Positions 9,371-19,195 of a DNA stretch of 64,000 bases are shown one piece after another (within the stretch, counting starts at the first letter, position 1; every line of letters starts with the position of its first letter). Made by a program: the position numbers and the translations under genes. This DNA comes from Candidatus Bathyarchaeota archaeon (GTDB lineage Archaea; Thermoproteota; Bathyarchaeia; Bathyarchaeales; Bathycorpusculaceae): NCBI GenBank assembly GCA_963811105.1, contig CAWEPZ010000011.1, positions 512,001 to 576,000 on the forward strand, read 5' to 3'. A model generated the notes under the pieces. It was not told the DNA's origin and searched no databases. It saw nothing but the letters and a program-made list of their open reading frames with translations.

Positions 9371-9611
9371 AAACAATGGAACATTGATTCTATAACTTAT
9401 TTGTTATCGAAGTTTTACTCGTGTTATAACTTTGAGGTTTGCCATTTGAAAACTCAATCTGTAGCGGCTTTGATTCAGAAACTGAAAGTAAAGTAAAAAC
9501 TTCATTAATTCGTTAAAATATTAGTACATAAGCTATTTTCTATTTTTTTTCCTTCGTCGTTATTATAGCAATCGAGGTTTTCGGTTGAATAATTGACAAA
9601 TTATGTTTAAA

Positions 9612-9638
9612 GCGGGCGGGGAAAATTATGGACCCTCG
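9612..9638 (-). repeat. Direct repeat of tRNA-Arg 3' end (att-like)
   Basis: GCGGGCGGGGA-N9-ACCCTCG with the same spacing as 18152-18178. Confidence 0.75.
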
Positions 9639-9644
9639 GGTATG

Positions 9645-9763
9645 GGGTCGTACTGGACTCAACCCCCACGGTATGAATTCCTAACTCAAATCCTATTGAA
9701 TAATACTTATCTTGGTAGATTTTGGCCATGTTTGAAGGTGCCCGTCGCCATAGTACTCAAAAG
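9645..9763 (+). repeat. Dispersed repeat R1 (cassette-end sequence)
   Basis: Homologous to 54320-54344 + 56161-56248 (split by an IS); both lie just right of an att-like site. Confidence 0.65.
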
Positions 9764-9861
9764 TAAATATTATTTACCATAATCATGTGACTACACAAAC
9801 ATAGTAACATATTATTGTTTGTTTGAAACGCTTAACTTTTGATTTGCAAGAGGGCTATCAA

Positions 9862-11025
9862 ATGAAGGCTGAACCTTTTGAAATCAACATTTCGCAAGCA
9901 GTACTTGATGACCTTAGAGAACGCTTAACGCGTACACGATGGCCAGACGAGGTCACGAACGCAGGGTGGGATTATGGCACAAGTTTAAGTTATCTTAAAG
10001 AGTTCGTTAATTACTGGCAAAACGAATTTGACTGGCGCAAACAAGAGAAAGAGCTAAACAAATTTCCACAATTTAAGGCCGAAATTGATGACTTAAGCCT
10101 TCACTTTGTTCACGTTCGGGGTAGAGGACAAAATTCACTGCCTCTAATTCTTTTTCACGGTTGGCCTGATTCGTTCTATCGCTACTACAAAGTTATTCCG
10201 ATGTTGACTGACCCAGAAACGTTTGGAGGCGATTCAGCAGACTCTTTCGATGTTATTGTACCATCGCTTCCAGGGTTTGGATTCTCTGATCGCCCAAACA
10301 GTCGGGGCTACCGGCTTGCAGATTCAACCGAGAAATGGGCGAAGTTAATGAGTAAGGTGCTTGGTTACCAGAAATACGGAGTAGTCGGAGGAGACACTGG
10401 TAGTACGGTTGCTCAATTATTAACTCTGGCGCACCAGGAGGCAGTAGTTGGTGTTCATCTAACAGACTGGGGGCGCTGGCAAACCACAAACGAATCATAT
10501 CCAAATCTTACTCCGGCTGAGCAACAATACATTGGAGCATCACAGGGGTGGTTCTTTCAGGAAGGTGCATATGCACTCCTCCAATCCTCGAAACCCCAGA
10601 CGCTTGCCAATGCTTTAAACGACTCACCAGCTGGTTTGGCCTCCTGGATCTTAGAGAAGTTCTATAAATGGAGCGACTGCCAAGGAGATTTGAGTCGAAG
10701 CTATAACAAAGATGAACTAATCACAAACATAATGATCTACTGGGTCACCCAAACAATCAACTCATCATTTCGCCCTTACTACGAAGAAGCCCATAATCCT
10801 TCACTTGCCTTTGGAAAACGAATCGATCTGCCAGTAGGAATGTCGCTATTCCCCAAAGATCTTCCTCAGGGGCCTATGATGCCGCGCTCCTTGTCTGAGA
10901 GGGTCTTAAACATCCAACATTGGACGGAGATGCCGCGCGGCGGCCATTTTGCTGCTCTAGAAGAGCCAGATTTGTTCGTGAAAGATGTGCGAGATTTCTT
11001 CAGTAAAATTCTTTCGGAGTCATAA
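9862..11025 (+). CDS. Epoxide hydrolase (EHN N-terminal domain plus alpha/beta hydrolase)
   Basis: HGWP oxyanion motif, PSLPGFGFS, GGDTG nucleophile elbow, GGHFAALEEP. Confidence 0.92.
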   Translation: MKAEPFEINISQAVLDDLRERLTRTRWPDEVTNAGWDYGTSLSYLKEFVNYWQNEFDWRKQEKELNKFPQFKAEIDDLSLHFVHVRGRGQNSLPLILFHGWPDSFYRYYKVIPMLTDPETFGGDSADSFDVIVPSLPGFGFSDRPNSRGYRLADSTEKWAKLMSKVLGYQKYGVVGGDTGSTVAQLLTLAHQEAVVGVHLTDWGRWQTTNESYPNLTPAEQQYIGASQGWFFQEGAYALLQSSKPQTLANALNDSPAGLASWILEKFYKWSDCQGDLSRSYNKDELITNIMIYWVTQTINSSFRPYYEEAHNPSLAFGKRIDLPVGMSLFPKDLPQGPMMPRSLSERVLNIQHWTEMPRGGHFAALEEPDLFVKDVRDFFSKILSES

Positions 11026-11188
11026 ACTTCTTGCTAAAGCCATTTCTTAGATTGTTGGCAGGAGAAGAAACGATAGGTGAGCAAGTTTTAGTTTCAAACC
11101 CATCCTTCCAACAGACTGTGTGAAAACTATGTTAGGTTTTCGATAGAATGATAGTTTTATATGTATAATTGAGTGATATTAGCTATAT

Positions 11189-11374
11189 ATGCCTAAGAAA
11201 ATAGTTTTTGAGCCAGCAACAGAAATCAAAGTCACCGGAATAATAGGCTTCCTAAAAAGAAAAGTAACAGCCTACGGAACAGGCGCCAAAGTCACCTGCC
11301 CAAAAGAATACCTCGGCAAAACAGTCTACATAGTCATAGTAGATGAACCTGCCGAAGGAGACGAACAGCAATGA
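11189..11374 (+). CDS. DUF2080-like transposase-associated small protein
   Basis: RKVTAYGTGAKVTCPKEYLGKTVYIVI; overlaps the transposase start (ATGA). Confidence 0.8.
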   Translation: MPKKIVFEPATEIKVTGIIGFLKRKVTAYGTGAKVTCPKEYLGKTVYIVIVDEPAEGDEQQ

Positions 11375-12834
11375 GCGAACACGTTGACGGAACACACCGA
11401 GACCAAACCATACTCTTCCCAGACACCCTCGACAAATACGTTGATGCAGAAAACCCAGTCAGGTTCATTGACGCCTTCATAGACAGCCTCAATCTAGAGA
11501 AGCTCGGCTTCAAACACTCAATTCTTGCTGACACAGGAAGACCATCTTACAATCCTTCAGACCTTCTAAAACTCTACACATATGGCTATCTGAACCAGAT
11601 CCGGTCCAGCAGAAAATTTGAAAGAGAATGCTACCGCAACGTCGAGGTAATGTGGTTAATGAAGAAGCTCGCTCCAGACCACAAAACCATTGCCGACTTC
11701 AGAAAAGACAACGTCGACTGTATAAAGCCTGTATTCAAAGAATTCGTCTACCTATGCCGATCACTCGACCTCTATGGTGCTCAGCTCATTGCCATAGATG
11801 GCAGCAAATTCAAGGCTGTAAACTCGAAGAGCAACAATTTCAACGAGAACACAGTTGCGTTGAGACTTAAACGGACCGAGGAGAAGATAGCAGAATACCT
11901 CAGGCTGATGGATGAGAATGACAAAGCCGACTCAGGCAAAAATGATAGCCTCAAAGTCAATGACCTTAAAGAAAGGATAGGCCGGCTTGAAGAGAAAAAG
12001 CAGCAGTACGAGCATGCTCAGAACCAGATGAAGGCGACAGGGCAGAAGGAGGTTTCGCTTGTGGATCCAGATAGCCGTTTGATGCGAGTCGACAGCCAAA
12101 GGCTGGATGTTTGCTATAATGTCCAAACGTCTGTGGATGCCAAGAAGCATCTCATTGTGGATTATGACGTGATAAACAATTCAACTGATCACCATCAATT
12201 AGTCAACGATGCTAAAGCAGCAAAGCAGACTCTTGGAGTTGAAAGATTGGAGGTAACGACCGACAAAGGGTTCTATGTTATGAAGGATTTGAAAGATTGT
12301 GAGGCTGAAGGCATAACTGTGTTTATGCCCATTCCTGCAGTTGTGAATCCGCATAAGCGTTTTGGGGTGCCGGAGCCTGGATTCTATACTGACAGGTTCG
12401 TGTATGACTCGGTTAGGGACGTTTATGTTTGTCCTGCTGGTGAGGATCTGGGGTTTTGGAAGTGCCTTCATAAGGGTAAACCGGAGCGAGGCAGAGTTTA
12501 CAAGACGCTTTGTTGCGAGGTGTGTGGTTTTAGGAGCAAGTGCACTAGGAATAAGCGTGGCAGGATTATTTTTAGGGGGGAATTCGAGGACGCTGTTGAA
12601 CGGCTCAGATCACGGTTGGGAACTTCTGAGGGAAAAGAGAAGTTGCACCGTAGAAGGGAGATAGTGGAGCATCCTTTTGGATCCATGAAGCGGGCTTTCA
12701 ATCAGGGTTATTTGCTCTTGAAGGGGCTTAGGAAGGTTAAAGGAGAGGTTGGGTTTACGATGTTGGCTTACAACATGCGAAGGGCTATCAACATTCTTGG
12801 GGTTGGCGTGTTAATGGCTTTAGTAAAAGCATGA
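11371..12834 (+). CDS. IS1182-family DDE transposase
   Basis: GRPSYNP..LLKLY.YGY..SSRK, IDGSKFKA, TDKGF, CPAG, VEHPFG motifs. Confidence 0.93.
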   Translation: MSEHVDGTHRDQTILFPDTLDKYVDAENPVRFIDAFIDSLNLEKLGFKHSILADTGRPSYNPSDLLKLYTYGYLNQIRSSRKFERECYRNVEVMWLMKKLAPDHKTIADFRKDNVDCIKPVFKEFVYLCRSLDLYGAQLIAIDGSKFKAVNSKSNNFNENTVALRLKRTEEKIAEYLRLMDENDKADSGKNDSLKVNDLKERIGRLEEKKQQYEHAQNQMKATGQKEVSLVDPDSRLMRVDSQRLDVCYNVQTSVDAKKHLIVDYDVINNSTDHHQLVNDAKAAKQTLGVERLEVTTDKGFYVMKDLKDCEAEGITVFMPIPAVVNPHKRFGVPEPGFYTDRFVYDSVRDVYVCPAGEDLGFWKCLHKGKPERGRVYKTLCCEVCGFRSKCTRNKRGRIIFRGEFEDAVERLRSRLGTSEGKEKLHRRREIVEHPFGSMKRAFNQGYLLLKGLRKVKGEVGFTMLAYNMRRAINILGVGVLMALVKA

Positions 12835-13133
12835 AAAAAGGCAAGACGAAAGCAACTATCAATTACAGACGAGTTTGAAGGTCAAGTATAATTCTTTCTA
12901 ATCCTAAGTTTTTACACAGTCTGCCAAGGGTGCAAATCCCAGCGGTCCGTTAAGTGAGAACTTGAAGATGAACCGCAAAGGACAGTGACGAAACACATAG
13001 AGGAATTAGCCTTCCTTGCCAAAATTATGATGGTGTCATAAGGAGCTTCGAAGGCTACACTATTGAATCAATCTTTGATTCAATTCAAGAAATAAATAAA
13101 GGAGCTTACTTGGTTACTAAGACCTTAGCCCTC

Positions 13134-13640
13134 TTATTCCCCGAGTACTGTGAATGCATAGTATAGATGAATAGCTAGAAGAATAAACAGGGTTGCTGCA
13201 AAGATTAAATGGATTTTAGAAGCCCATTTCCACTTCAAGGCTCGTCTCAACACAAGGGGATTAAGGCTTGCTGTAACCCAAGCTATTGCAGCAACAGAGA
13301 ATCCCAGAACTCCATGCATACTTCTAACAAAAGCAATGTTTCGAATTACTAAGCCGAAAATGAATTCTCCAGTCAGATACGCGGCCATTGTAACGACTAC
13401 CAACTTATGAATCGGCAAAGGCTTAACGCCAGCAATGCGCCCAAAGCGACCTGAAACCAAGAACCCTGCAGCTAGCGTTGCCATGACCAGAAGAAAACTT
13501 ATTCCGCCTAAAGAGCAATGAAATTCAAACCCTCCTTCTCCACCACCATTGTCCTCTGCCTGAGCCTGCACTCCAGTTATTGCTATCGAAACAAAGAGAA
13601 TTGACAATAAAATGACTAATATTAAGGGGGTTAGTTTCAA
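13134..13640 (-). CDS. Four-TM membrane protein with His residues (cytochrome b561-like?)
   Basis: Signal peptide plus 4 TM helices each containing His. Confidence 0.6.
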   Translation of the reverse strand: MKLTPLILVILLSILFVSIAITGVQAQAEDNGGGEGGFEFHCSLGGISFLLVMATLAAGFLVSGRFGRIAGVKPLPIHKLVVVTMAAYLTGEFIFGLVIRNIAFVRSMHGVLGFSVAAIAWVTASLNPLVLRRALKWKWASKIHLIFAATLFILLAIHLYYAFTVLGE

Positions 13641-13793
13641 CTGGAGAACCTTCCAATGATTTTTTCTAAACCCACATCAAAGTACAGAACATATAAAAGT
13701 ATGTGACTGCAACCCGACAACAATAGCTTAGAAGCAAGCTGCAGGCAATTAGTTGCCAACTGCTAGCTCGTAAGGGTTCTTATGGCTTGGTGA

Positions 13794-13919
13794 CAAAGCC
13801 AAGGCTTCGGCTTAGCTGTAATTAAGCGCATGACTGAATCGTTAGGCGGCACTGTCTCTTTTGAGAGCCAAGAGGGCAAAGGAACAACTTTTACAATACG
13901 TTTGCCGCCAAAGAGATAA
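13794..13919 (+). pseudogene. Histidine kinase C-terminal (HATPase) fragment
   Basis: QGFGLAVIKRMTESLGGTVSFESQEGKGTTFTIRLPPKR*, nearly identical to the tails of the other kinases in the window. Confidence 0.85.
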
Positions 13920-14220
13920 ACCGTAAATGTGCATTCAAGTAGGAAAGCCTTCTGAATAAAATCATGTAACATCATGAAATCACTCTTTTCTTTTCATCGG
14001 AATTCTTGGAGGCTCGAACTTGCAATGACGAGGGCTCTATCGGACCCGGCCCTGAAAGAGTCTGAATCATAGTCTTTATGTCATTCATGATTAAACTTAG
14101 TTGCAATTATATTCAGCAGTTGATGAGTGAGAGGATTCAAACCAAACAATTTTCCTGAAATATCCTATTATTATGTCAGAAAACCAAAATTAGCCTTTTG
14201 TTGTGGTGGTATTGTTAAAA

Positions 14221-14256
14221 GCGCGGGATAGCTTTGAGCCCTCGTTTGAACCCTCG
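14221..14256 (-). repeat. tRNA-Arg 3'-end mimic (att-like cassette boundary)
   Basis: See 8080 copy; GTTTGAACCCTCG is the exact reverse complement of 18054-18066. Confidence 0.8.
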
Positions 14257-14582
14257 GGTCGTAATGGCGTTGAAGACCGCACTCCCAACTTTTGGGTGAA
14301 GGGGGCGAAAACTGAAACAAATTGGAGATAACGCTCGCCCAAATATGTGGCGCAGTAGATATAGCTTTAACCTTAAAAAACTACCTCTTTGGTTAGTTAC
14401 CCTCTGCTCGCCGGATCTATGATTGACGATGTAGAAAAGAAAAAGAGCGTGCGGATTCCTTCTTGCAGGTTTAACTATTTTTCACTACTGAGCCGTGCTT
14501 GCACCCGCGCGCACACGCACCTTTAGGTTTTTTGAGCAGCTTTGCCATCTGCATGACTTGGGTAGACGAGAACGGTCCAGTA

Positions 14583-14711
14583 TTAATTTTTTCTCTTATT
14601 CCATCTGCGGTTACCAGGTGGTCCTATAAGAAAATAACCTATTAAAATAAGAGCAATGGTTACAACGATAATTATTACAATTGTTACTTCAGTCGTTACT
14701 CTCACCTCCAT
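14583..14711 (-). CDS. Small single-TM peptide (42 aa), copy 1
   Basis: MEVRVTTEVTIVIIIVVTIALILIGYFLIGPPGNRRWNKRKN*; paralog at 56773-56898 with conservative changes. Confidence 0.7.
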   Translation of the reverse strand: MEVRVTTEVTIVIIIVVTIALILIGYFLIGPPGNRRWNKRKN

Positions 14712-14749
14712 TTTTAGTGTCTAAGTCTAAACACTTCCATTTAGCGCGA

Positions 14750-14931
14750 GCGTAATTTTTTTCGGTGTTTAGTGCTTCAACCTGGAACTTTTTTGGCAAT
14801 GACGAAAAGGATGATTCATTAACGACTTTTTTGCCATCCACTTCTATCTTGATGTATTTTAGAAACGCGCTCGCATTAACAATAATGGTGTGTTTTTCAT
14901 TTTCTCCTATTTCAAACTTAGCTTTTGTCAT
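14750..14931 (-). pseudogene. Truncated hypothetical beta-rich protein
   Basis: MTKAKFEIGENEKHTIIVN...IEVDGKKVV then runs into unrelated sequence; more deleted at the paralogous locus ~56925-56980. Confidence 0.45.
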
Positions 14932-14978
14932 TTACAAATACCTCTCATATGTGCTTTTCATTTCTTGGCGAAGAGCCT

Positions 14979-15722
14979 TTACTTCCATTTTGTCAATATT
15001 TCCTCCCTTTGGAAAGTCTTGGTGCTGACAAAGAAAAGCGCCACATCAACAGCTAAAATTATACCTGAAATTATGAGCAGGCTGTTTACGTCAAGGGTTA
15101 TTATGCTTGTCTCGCTGAGAAGGTATATGCCCAGAAGGGGGAAGAGGATAAAAACTCCAAAACTGTTAGCGCTGCGCACATCATTAACTCTCGATGAAAC
15201 AATAACGGCAAACAGAACACTCATAACAACGGCAGCCGGCATCAGAACTAACAGCAAAGTGGCGATGTTCCAGTTTGGAAAATAATAGGTGCCAAGCGTA
15301 TGGAAAGTAGCTTCATCAATGCCCACCATGAAAACTGCTGCCGCCGCATACATTGCGACTAAAGTTGGAATAATTGCGGAGATGGCTTTTCCAAGCAATA
15401 TTTCTCCATCAGTAAGGGGAGTGGCTAAAAGCGGTTCTAGGCTTTTCTCTACTTTCTCCCCCACTATACTGTAGGAGGCAATTCCCAAGGGAACGTAGGC
15501 TGCTCCTATGACTAAAAAGAAGGAAAAGGAGGTAAGCAAATTTGGAAGCACAGTCGGCGCTGCGAGTCCGTGGTTCCCCCTTATTGTTAAATATTCCAGT
15601 ATCACGGGAAACAGGACCGAGATAACAACCGGGAAAATAATGATAGAGGTCCAGACGTTTTTTACTCGCCTAAATATCTTGAAATCCCTAGCTGCAACAA
15701 TCCACGCCTTTGAGAGCCGCAT
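14979..15722 (-). CDS. ABC-2 type transporter permease
   Basis: SIVGEKVEKSLEPLLATPLTDGEILLGK; 6 TM. Confidence 0.92.
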   Translation of the reverse strand: MRLSKAWIVAARDFKIFRRVKNVWTSIIIFPVVISVLFPVILEYLTIRGNHGLAAPTVLPNLLTSFSFFLVIGAAYVPLGIASYSIVGEKVEKSLEPLLATPLTDGEILLGKAISAIIPTLVAMYAAAAVFMVGIDEATFHTLGTYYFPNWNIATLLLVLMPAAVVMSVLFAVIVSSRVNDVRSANSFGVFILFPLLGIYLLSETSIITLDVNSLLIISGIILAVDVALFFVSTKTFQREEILTKWK

Positions 15723-15724
15723 AT

Positions 15725-16642
15725 TTATTTCCTCACAAGTTTTAGATAGGTTTCTTCCAAAGTTGAGCCTACCACATTGATTGATTTGACATGACCGCCC
15801 GCCAGCACTATAGCCTCTATAACAGGTGAATTTTCCTTGTCTGGGTTTTCCACGTCGAACGTTATTGTGTCGCCGCTGGTGGACAGGTTTTTGAGTGCCA
15901 GTTTTTTCAATGCCCCCAAAACTGCATCGTTCACTTGCTGCTCTAATCCAATAACTGTCTTTTTGCCGCTAACGGACCTTTCAAGTTCCTGCGGAGTCCC
16001 AATTGCCCTAAGACTCGTATGCATTATTGCTACCTTGTCGCAGATTCTCTGCGCCTCGTCGAGGTTGTGGGTGTTTAGAAAGATTGTTTTCTTCTCTTTT
16101 TTTAGTTGAAGAATGAACTCTCGGACTGTTTTTGAAGCCTCAGGATCTAGATTCGCGGTAGGTTCGTCCATGAAAATGACTTGCGGTTCATGAATTAGGG
16201 CGCGGGCTATGGCGAGTTTTTGTTTCATGCCCTTGGAAAAAGTTCCTGCCAAAACGTTTCTCTTATCCCAAAGCCCCAACATCTCAAGAAAACGCTGGAT
16301 GTTCTCTTTTCTTTGGGTTTCCGGACAATCGTATATCTTTGCAAAAAAGTCTAGGTTGTCGTAGGCTGTCAGATTTTCAGATAATCCAACGTTATCAGAG
16401 ACAAACCCGATGATTTTGCGGATTTTAATTGAGTCTTCCTTTTTTCCTATGTCATAGCCGCCTACGCTTGCGTTCCCACTAGTTTTGGATATTAGGCAAC
16501 AAAGCATTCTGACAGTCGTAGTTTTCCCTGCGCCGTTCGGACCAAGAAAACCGAAGACTTCGCCATCGTTAACATGAAGAGTGAGATTGTCTACGGCTGT
16601 TAGATCCCCAAACTTTTTTGTAAGGCCCTCAGTATCTATCAA
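15725..16642 (-). CDS. ABC transporter ATP-binding protein
   Basis: GPNGAGKT, FSKGMKQK, MDEPT, THN motifs. Confidence 0.95.
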   Translation of the reverse strand: MIDTEGLTKKFGDLTAVDNLTLHVNDGEVFGFLGPNGAGKTTTVRMLCCLISKTSGNASVGGYDIGKKEDSIKIRKIIGFVSDNVGLSENLTAYDNLDFFAKIYDCPETQRKENIQRFLEMLGLWDKRNVLAGTFSKGMKQKLAIARALIHEPQVIFMDEPTANLDPEASKTVREFILQLKKEKKTIFLNTHNLDEAQRICDKVAIMHTSLRAIGTPQELERSVSGKKTVIGLEQQVNDAVLGALKKLALKNLSTSGDTITFDVENPDKENSPVIEAIVLAGGHVKSINVVGSTLEETYLKLVRK

Positions 16643-16717
16643 TGCGATTACCCCTTGGACTAACGCAGCCCATTGTTTGTTAGTAAGAGGCTGGTGTTTT
16701 ATAAATAAGGTTCCACG

Positions 16718-16734
16718 GGTACAAAATTTGTACC
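16718..16734. promoter_or_regulatory. Palindromic operator candidate between divergent ABC and regulator operons
   Basis: GGTACAAA-A-TTTGTACC next to TTTATAAA. Confidence 0.5.
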
Positions 16735-16793
16735 GGGAAGATAAAAGTCAAAAGAGCCGTAGCACTCAGATATAGCAATTAAGGAGCTAAAGT

Positions 16794-17465
16794 ATGGTCG
16801 AGGACATTTCACCAGAGCATATTAAGCGGGTCGCAGAAAAAGCCCTAGTTATAGAACAGTACATAATAGAGAGAGCTTGGGGACTCTGTTATGCTGCAGT
16901 CGCCGCTGAAATTGTCCTTATAACTTTTCTGCCCTCGATTATCCTATTCCTTGGGGTTTCAGCTGGCTATTTTCTTGTTGTTGCGATCGTGGTTAACACA
17001 GCGGTGAGCATTGTGGGCGCTGCCATGATTGCCTGGATTTTCAAGAAGGCTTATAACTCCATGCTCGTACGCAGGGAAATTATGGATTCAATATGGACTA
17101 AATTGCTGAGGCCTTCGTGGATAGCGTTAGTTTGGACAGCCTACTATTTGCCGGTTCTTGCCGCAATTTTCTTGCTGCGCCACGAGTTTTTGGTTTTTAG
17201 ATTCGGACTTTTGGCCACAACAGTGATTCCGTTATTCTTTGCGTTTAAAGGTTCGTTCCCTGAGCGACTACCACGAGAAAGTATAGCTGTTGTGTCGGCA
17301 TTAACTATTTACACGTTAGGGGGTTTTGTTGTTTCTCTCATAAAAGCCAATGCGGGCTTTTACCTGATTCTTTGGGTAATCTTTCTTGTAATTCTTGTCT
17401 GGGCTTCTGCATATGCACGCAGACGGAAACCTCCCATCTCTTTGGAGGAACCCCAAAATTGGTAA
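16794..17465 (+). CDS. Membrane protein (about 6 TM)
   Basis: GGAG SD; hydrophobic; overlaps the downstream wHTH gene. Confidence 0.75.
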   Translation: MVEDISPEHIKRVAEKALVIEQYIIERAWGLCYAAVAAEIVLITFLPSIILFLGVSAGYFLVVAIVVNTAVSIVGAAMIAWIFKKAYNSMLVRREIMDSIWTKLLRPSWIALVWTAYYLPVLAAIFLLRHEFLVFRFGLLATTVIPLFFAFKGSFPERLPRESIAVVSALTIYTLGGFVVSLIKANAGFYLILWVIFLVILVWASAYARRRKPPISLEEPQNW

Positions 17466-17800
17466 CTGACGAACAACCCAACTTCAAAATCCCCATCACA
17501 GACACGATTAAATCATTAAACGAGCAGCTAAACGACCCTACCTTCAAATCATCAACCAGAATACTGATTTTGATCCTGCTTGCAATGAACAAGAAGTTGA
17601 CTTCTGTGGAGTTGCGTTCTTTCGTAGGGTTGGGAAAGGGTAGTTTGGAAAATCATTTGTCAAAGCTGGAGGCGGCTGGCTTAATCAGAGTTCGGTCGGT
17701 TAAGTCTTGGGGTGGCATGCACCAGGTTGTGGAGATAACTGAAAAGGGTCTGGAAGATTGCAGGTCGATACTTAAAAAAATTCACAGCTTGAATATATAG
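17459..17800 (+). CDS. Winged-helix transcriptional regulator (ArsR/MarR-like)
   Basis: RILILILL..LT..ELR..GLGKGSLENHLSKLEAAGLI..VEITEKG; TTG start after GGAGG. Confidence 0.85.
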   Translation: MVTDEQPNFKIPITDTIKSLNEQLNDPTFKSSTRILILILLAMNKKLTSVELRSFVGLGKGSLENHLSKLEAAGLIRVRSVKSWGGMHQVVEITEKGLEDCRSILKKIHSLNI

Positions 17801-18053
17801 AAATGGGATGTCAAAAAATAGTTTTAGTCCATATTCATTACCAATACGAGCAACAAGATTCCTGAGGCCAACATATAGGAATAAATTGAGAAAAATCCCA
17901 TGACTAAAAAGAAGACGCCAAAGAACAAAACGCTTCTAGCCTTGTTATCATACGTAAAATTTAGTCAGAAAAAGGGTGAGTGAAGAATCACCTTTGCGTA
18001 TTGATTCCCGTCCCAATAGCTTCACTTGCACTGGGTAATTTTGCGTGTTTACC

Positions 18054-18066
18054 CGAGGGTTCAAAC
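18054..18066 (+). repeat. Inverted 13-bp T-arm motif downstream of tRNA-Arg
   Basis: CGAGGGTTCAAAC; related GAGGATTCAAAC at ~14131 in a homologous context (both followed ~30 nt later by GTCAGAAA). Confidence 0.65.
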
Positions 18067-18149
18067 GCTGAATTGAAAATGTAACCGATAACGAGAGTCA
18101 GAAAGCAGTAATTCTGATAGAAATAGCTTTATTTGCAGAAATAAGGCCG

Positions 18150-18281
18150 TGGCGGGCGGGGAGGGATTTGAACCCTCGACCCCCAACTTAGGAGGCTGGT
18201 GCTCTCTGCGGGGAAATATCAGAACAAAGCGGTAATCCCCTCTTTGCGAGAATTTTCCTATCCGTACTGAGCTACTCGCCC
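18150..18281 (-). tRNA. tRNA-Arg(CCT) with non-canonical 54-nt D-loop intron (about 18206-18259)
   Basis: Spliced: GGGCGAG TA GCTC AGTACGGATA GAGC A CCAGC CTCCTAA GTTGG GGGTC GAGGG TTCAAAT CCCTC CCCGCCC G CCA; relaxed bulge-helix-bulge at the junctions. Confidence 0.9.
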
Positions 18282-18337
18282 ACGACAAAGCTAAGTTTGG
18301 CTAGCTAAACAAATACCTATCGACCAACTTTTTAAAA

Positions 18338-19195
18338 TTGAGAAGGTAGCCATTTTCTTCGAAGGAAAAGGAAAACAGCCTAGTACAATAGATTCATTCC
18401 TTAGGATTGCGGTTTTAGCTAGAAAAGCAAACTTGGACAATCCTCAAGAAGTAGAATTAGCAATCGCCAGACTAAGGAAGACTCACCTGAGTACCAAGAA
18501 ACTAGCCAACGTACCTGTTTCAAACACATACAAAGCAAAGTTGTGCTTCACATATCAACACTATACTAAATTCTATAAGATATTCTGGGAAGTGCCTCAG
18601 TATGTAGAGGAAGAGCGAAGCATCTAGCGACCGTCAGACGAAAAATGCCAGAACTAGTAGCATTTGCAAGAGGCGCCTTATCGCTGATGACTGACATTAG
18701 CGTTCGAACAGGATTAAGACCAATCGAAGTTCAAGGCTACGATGGATTAAGAGTGAAGGATATTCACTTTGACCAAAGTACAATTACAGCCTTAAGCATT
18801 AAAGGATGCAATGCCAGACGACAATGCAAATAACTGAAGAGTTAACAGCTAAACTTAGAACGTACATAACCATTCGCAATCTTCGAGAAAATGATTACCT
18901 GTTCAAAGGAGACGCTCGAAGATATGGGGAGCACTTCCGAAGAGCGAAACTAATTAGCCAAAAAACTCCAAGACCCAACGATTAAAAACATACTGCTTTA
19001 CGATTTGAGGCATCACTATATCGCACAACAATTAAGAAAAATACAAAATGTCGAATTTGTACGCCAAATAATAGGGCACAAACGTTTGGATACCGCACAA
19101 AAATAATTTCACCTTCTTGCAAATACAAACGGAGAACGGATAGTGGAAGGCACAACGGACAAAGAACGAGCAAGCACTGAACAAACGAGGAAATG
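18338..19195 (+). pseudogene. Tyrosine recombinase/integrase pseudogene
   Basis: TGLRPIEV, LRVKDIHF, YDLRHHY and IIGHKRLDTAQK* motifs spread over several frames with stops. Confidence 0.88.

Larger units (their letters stand above)
11112..12923 (+). mobile_element. IS1182-family insertion sequence, copy 1 (1812 bp)
   Basis: TIR CAGACTGTGT(G/A)AAAACT at both ends; 4-bp TSD CCAA (11108-11111/12924-12927). Confidence 0.92.

Noticed and set aside
11334-12701. Alternative-frame and antisense ORFs inside the IS1182 copies and other long genes
   Set aside because: Shadow ORFs with no motifs, fully overlapped by well-supported CDSs
18061-18288. ORFs overlapping tRNA genes (also 32310-32551 and 47391-47645)
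   Set aside because: Spurious translations of tRNA sequence
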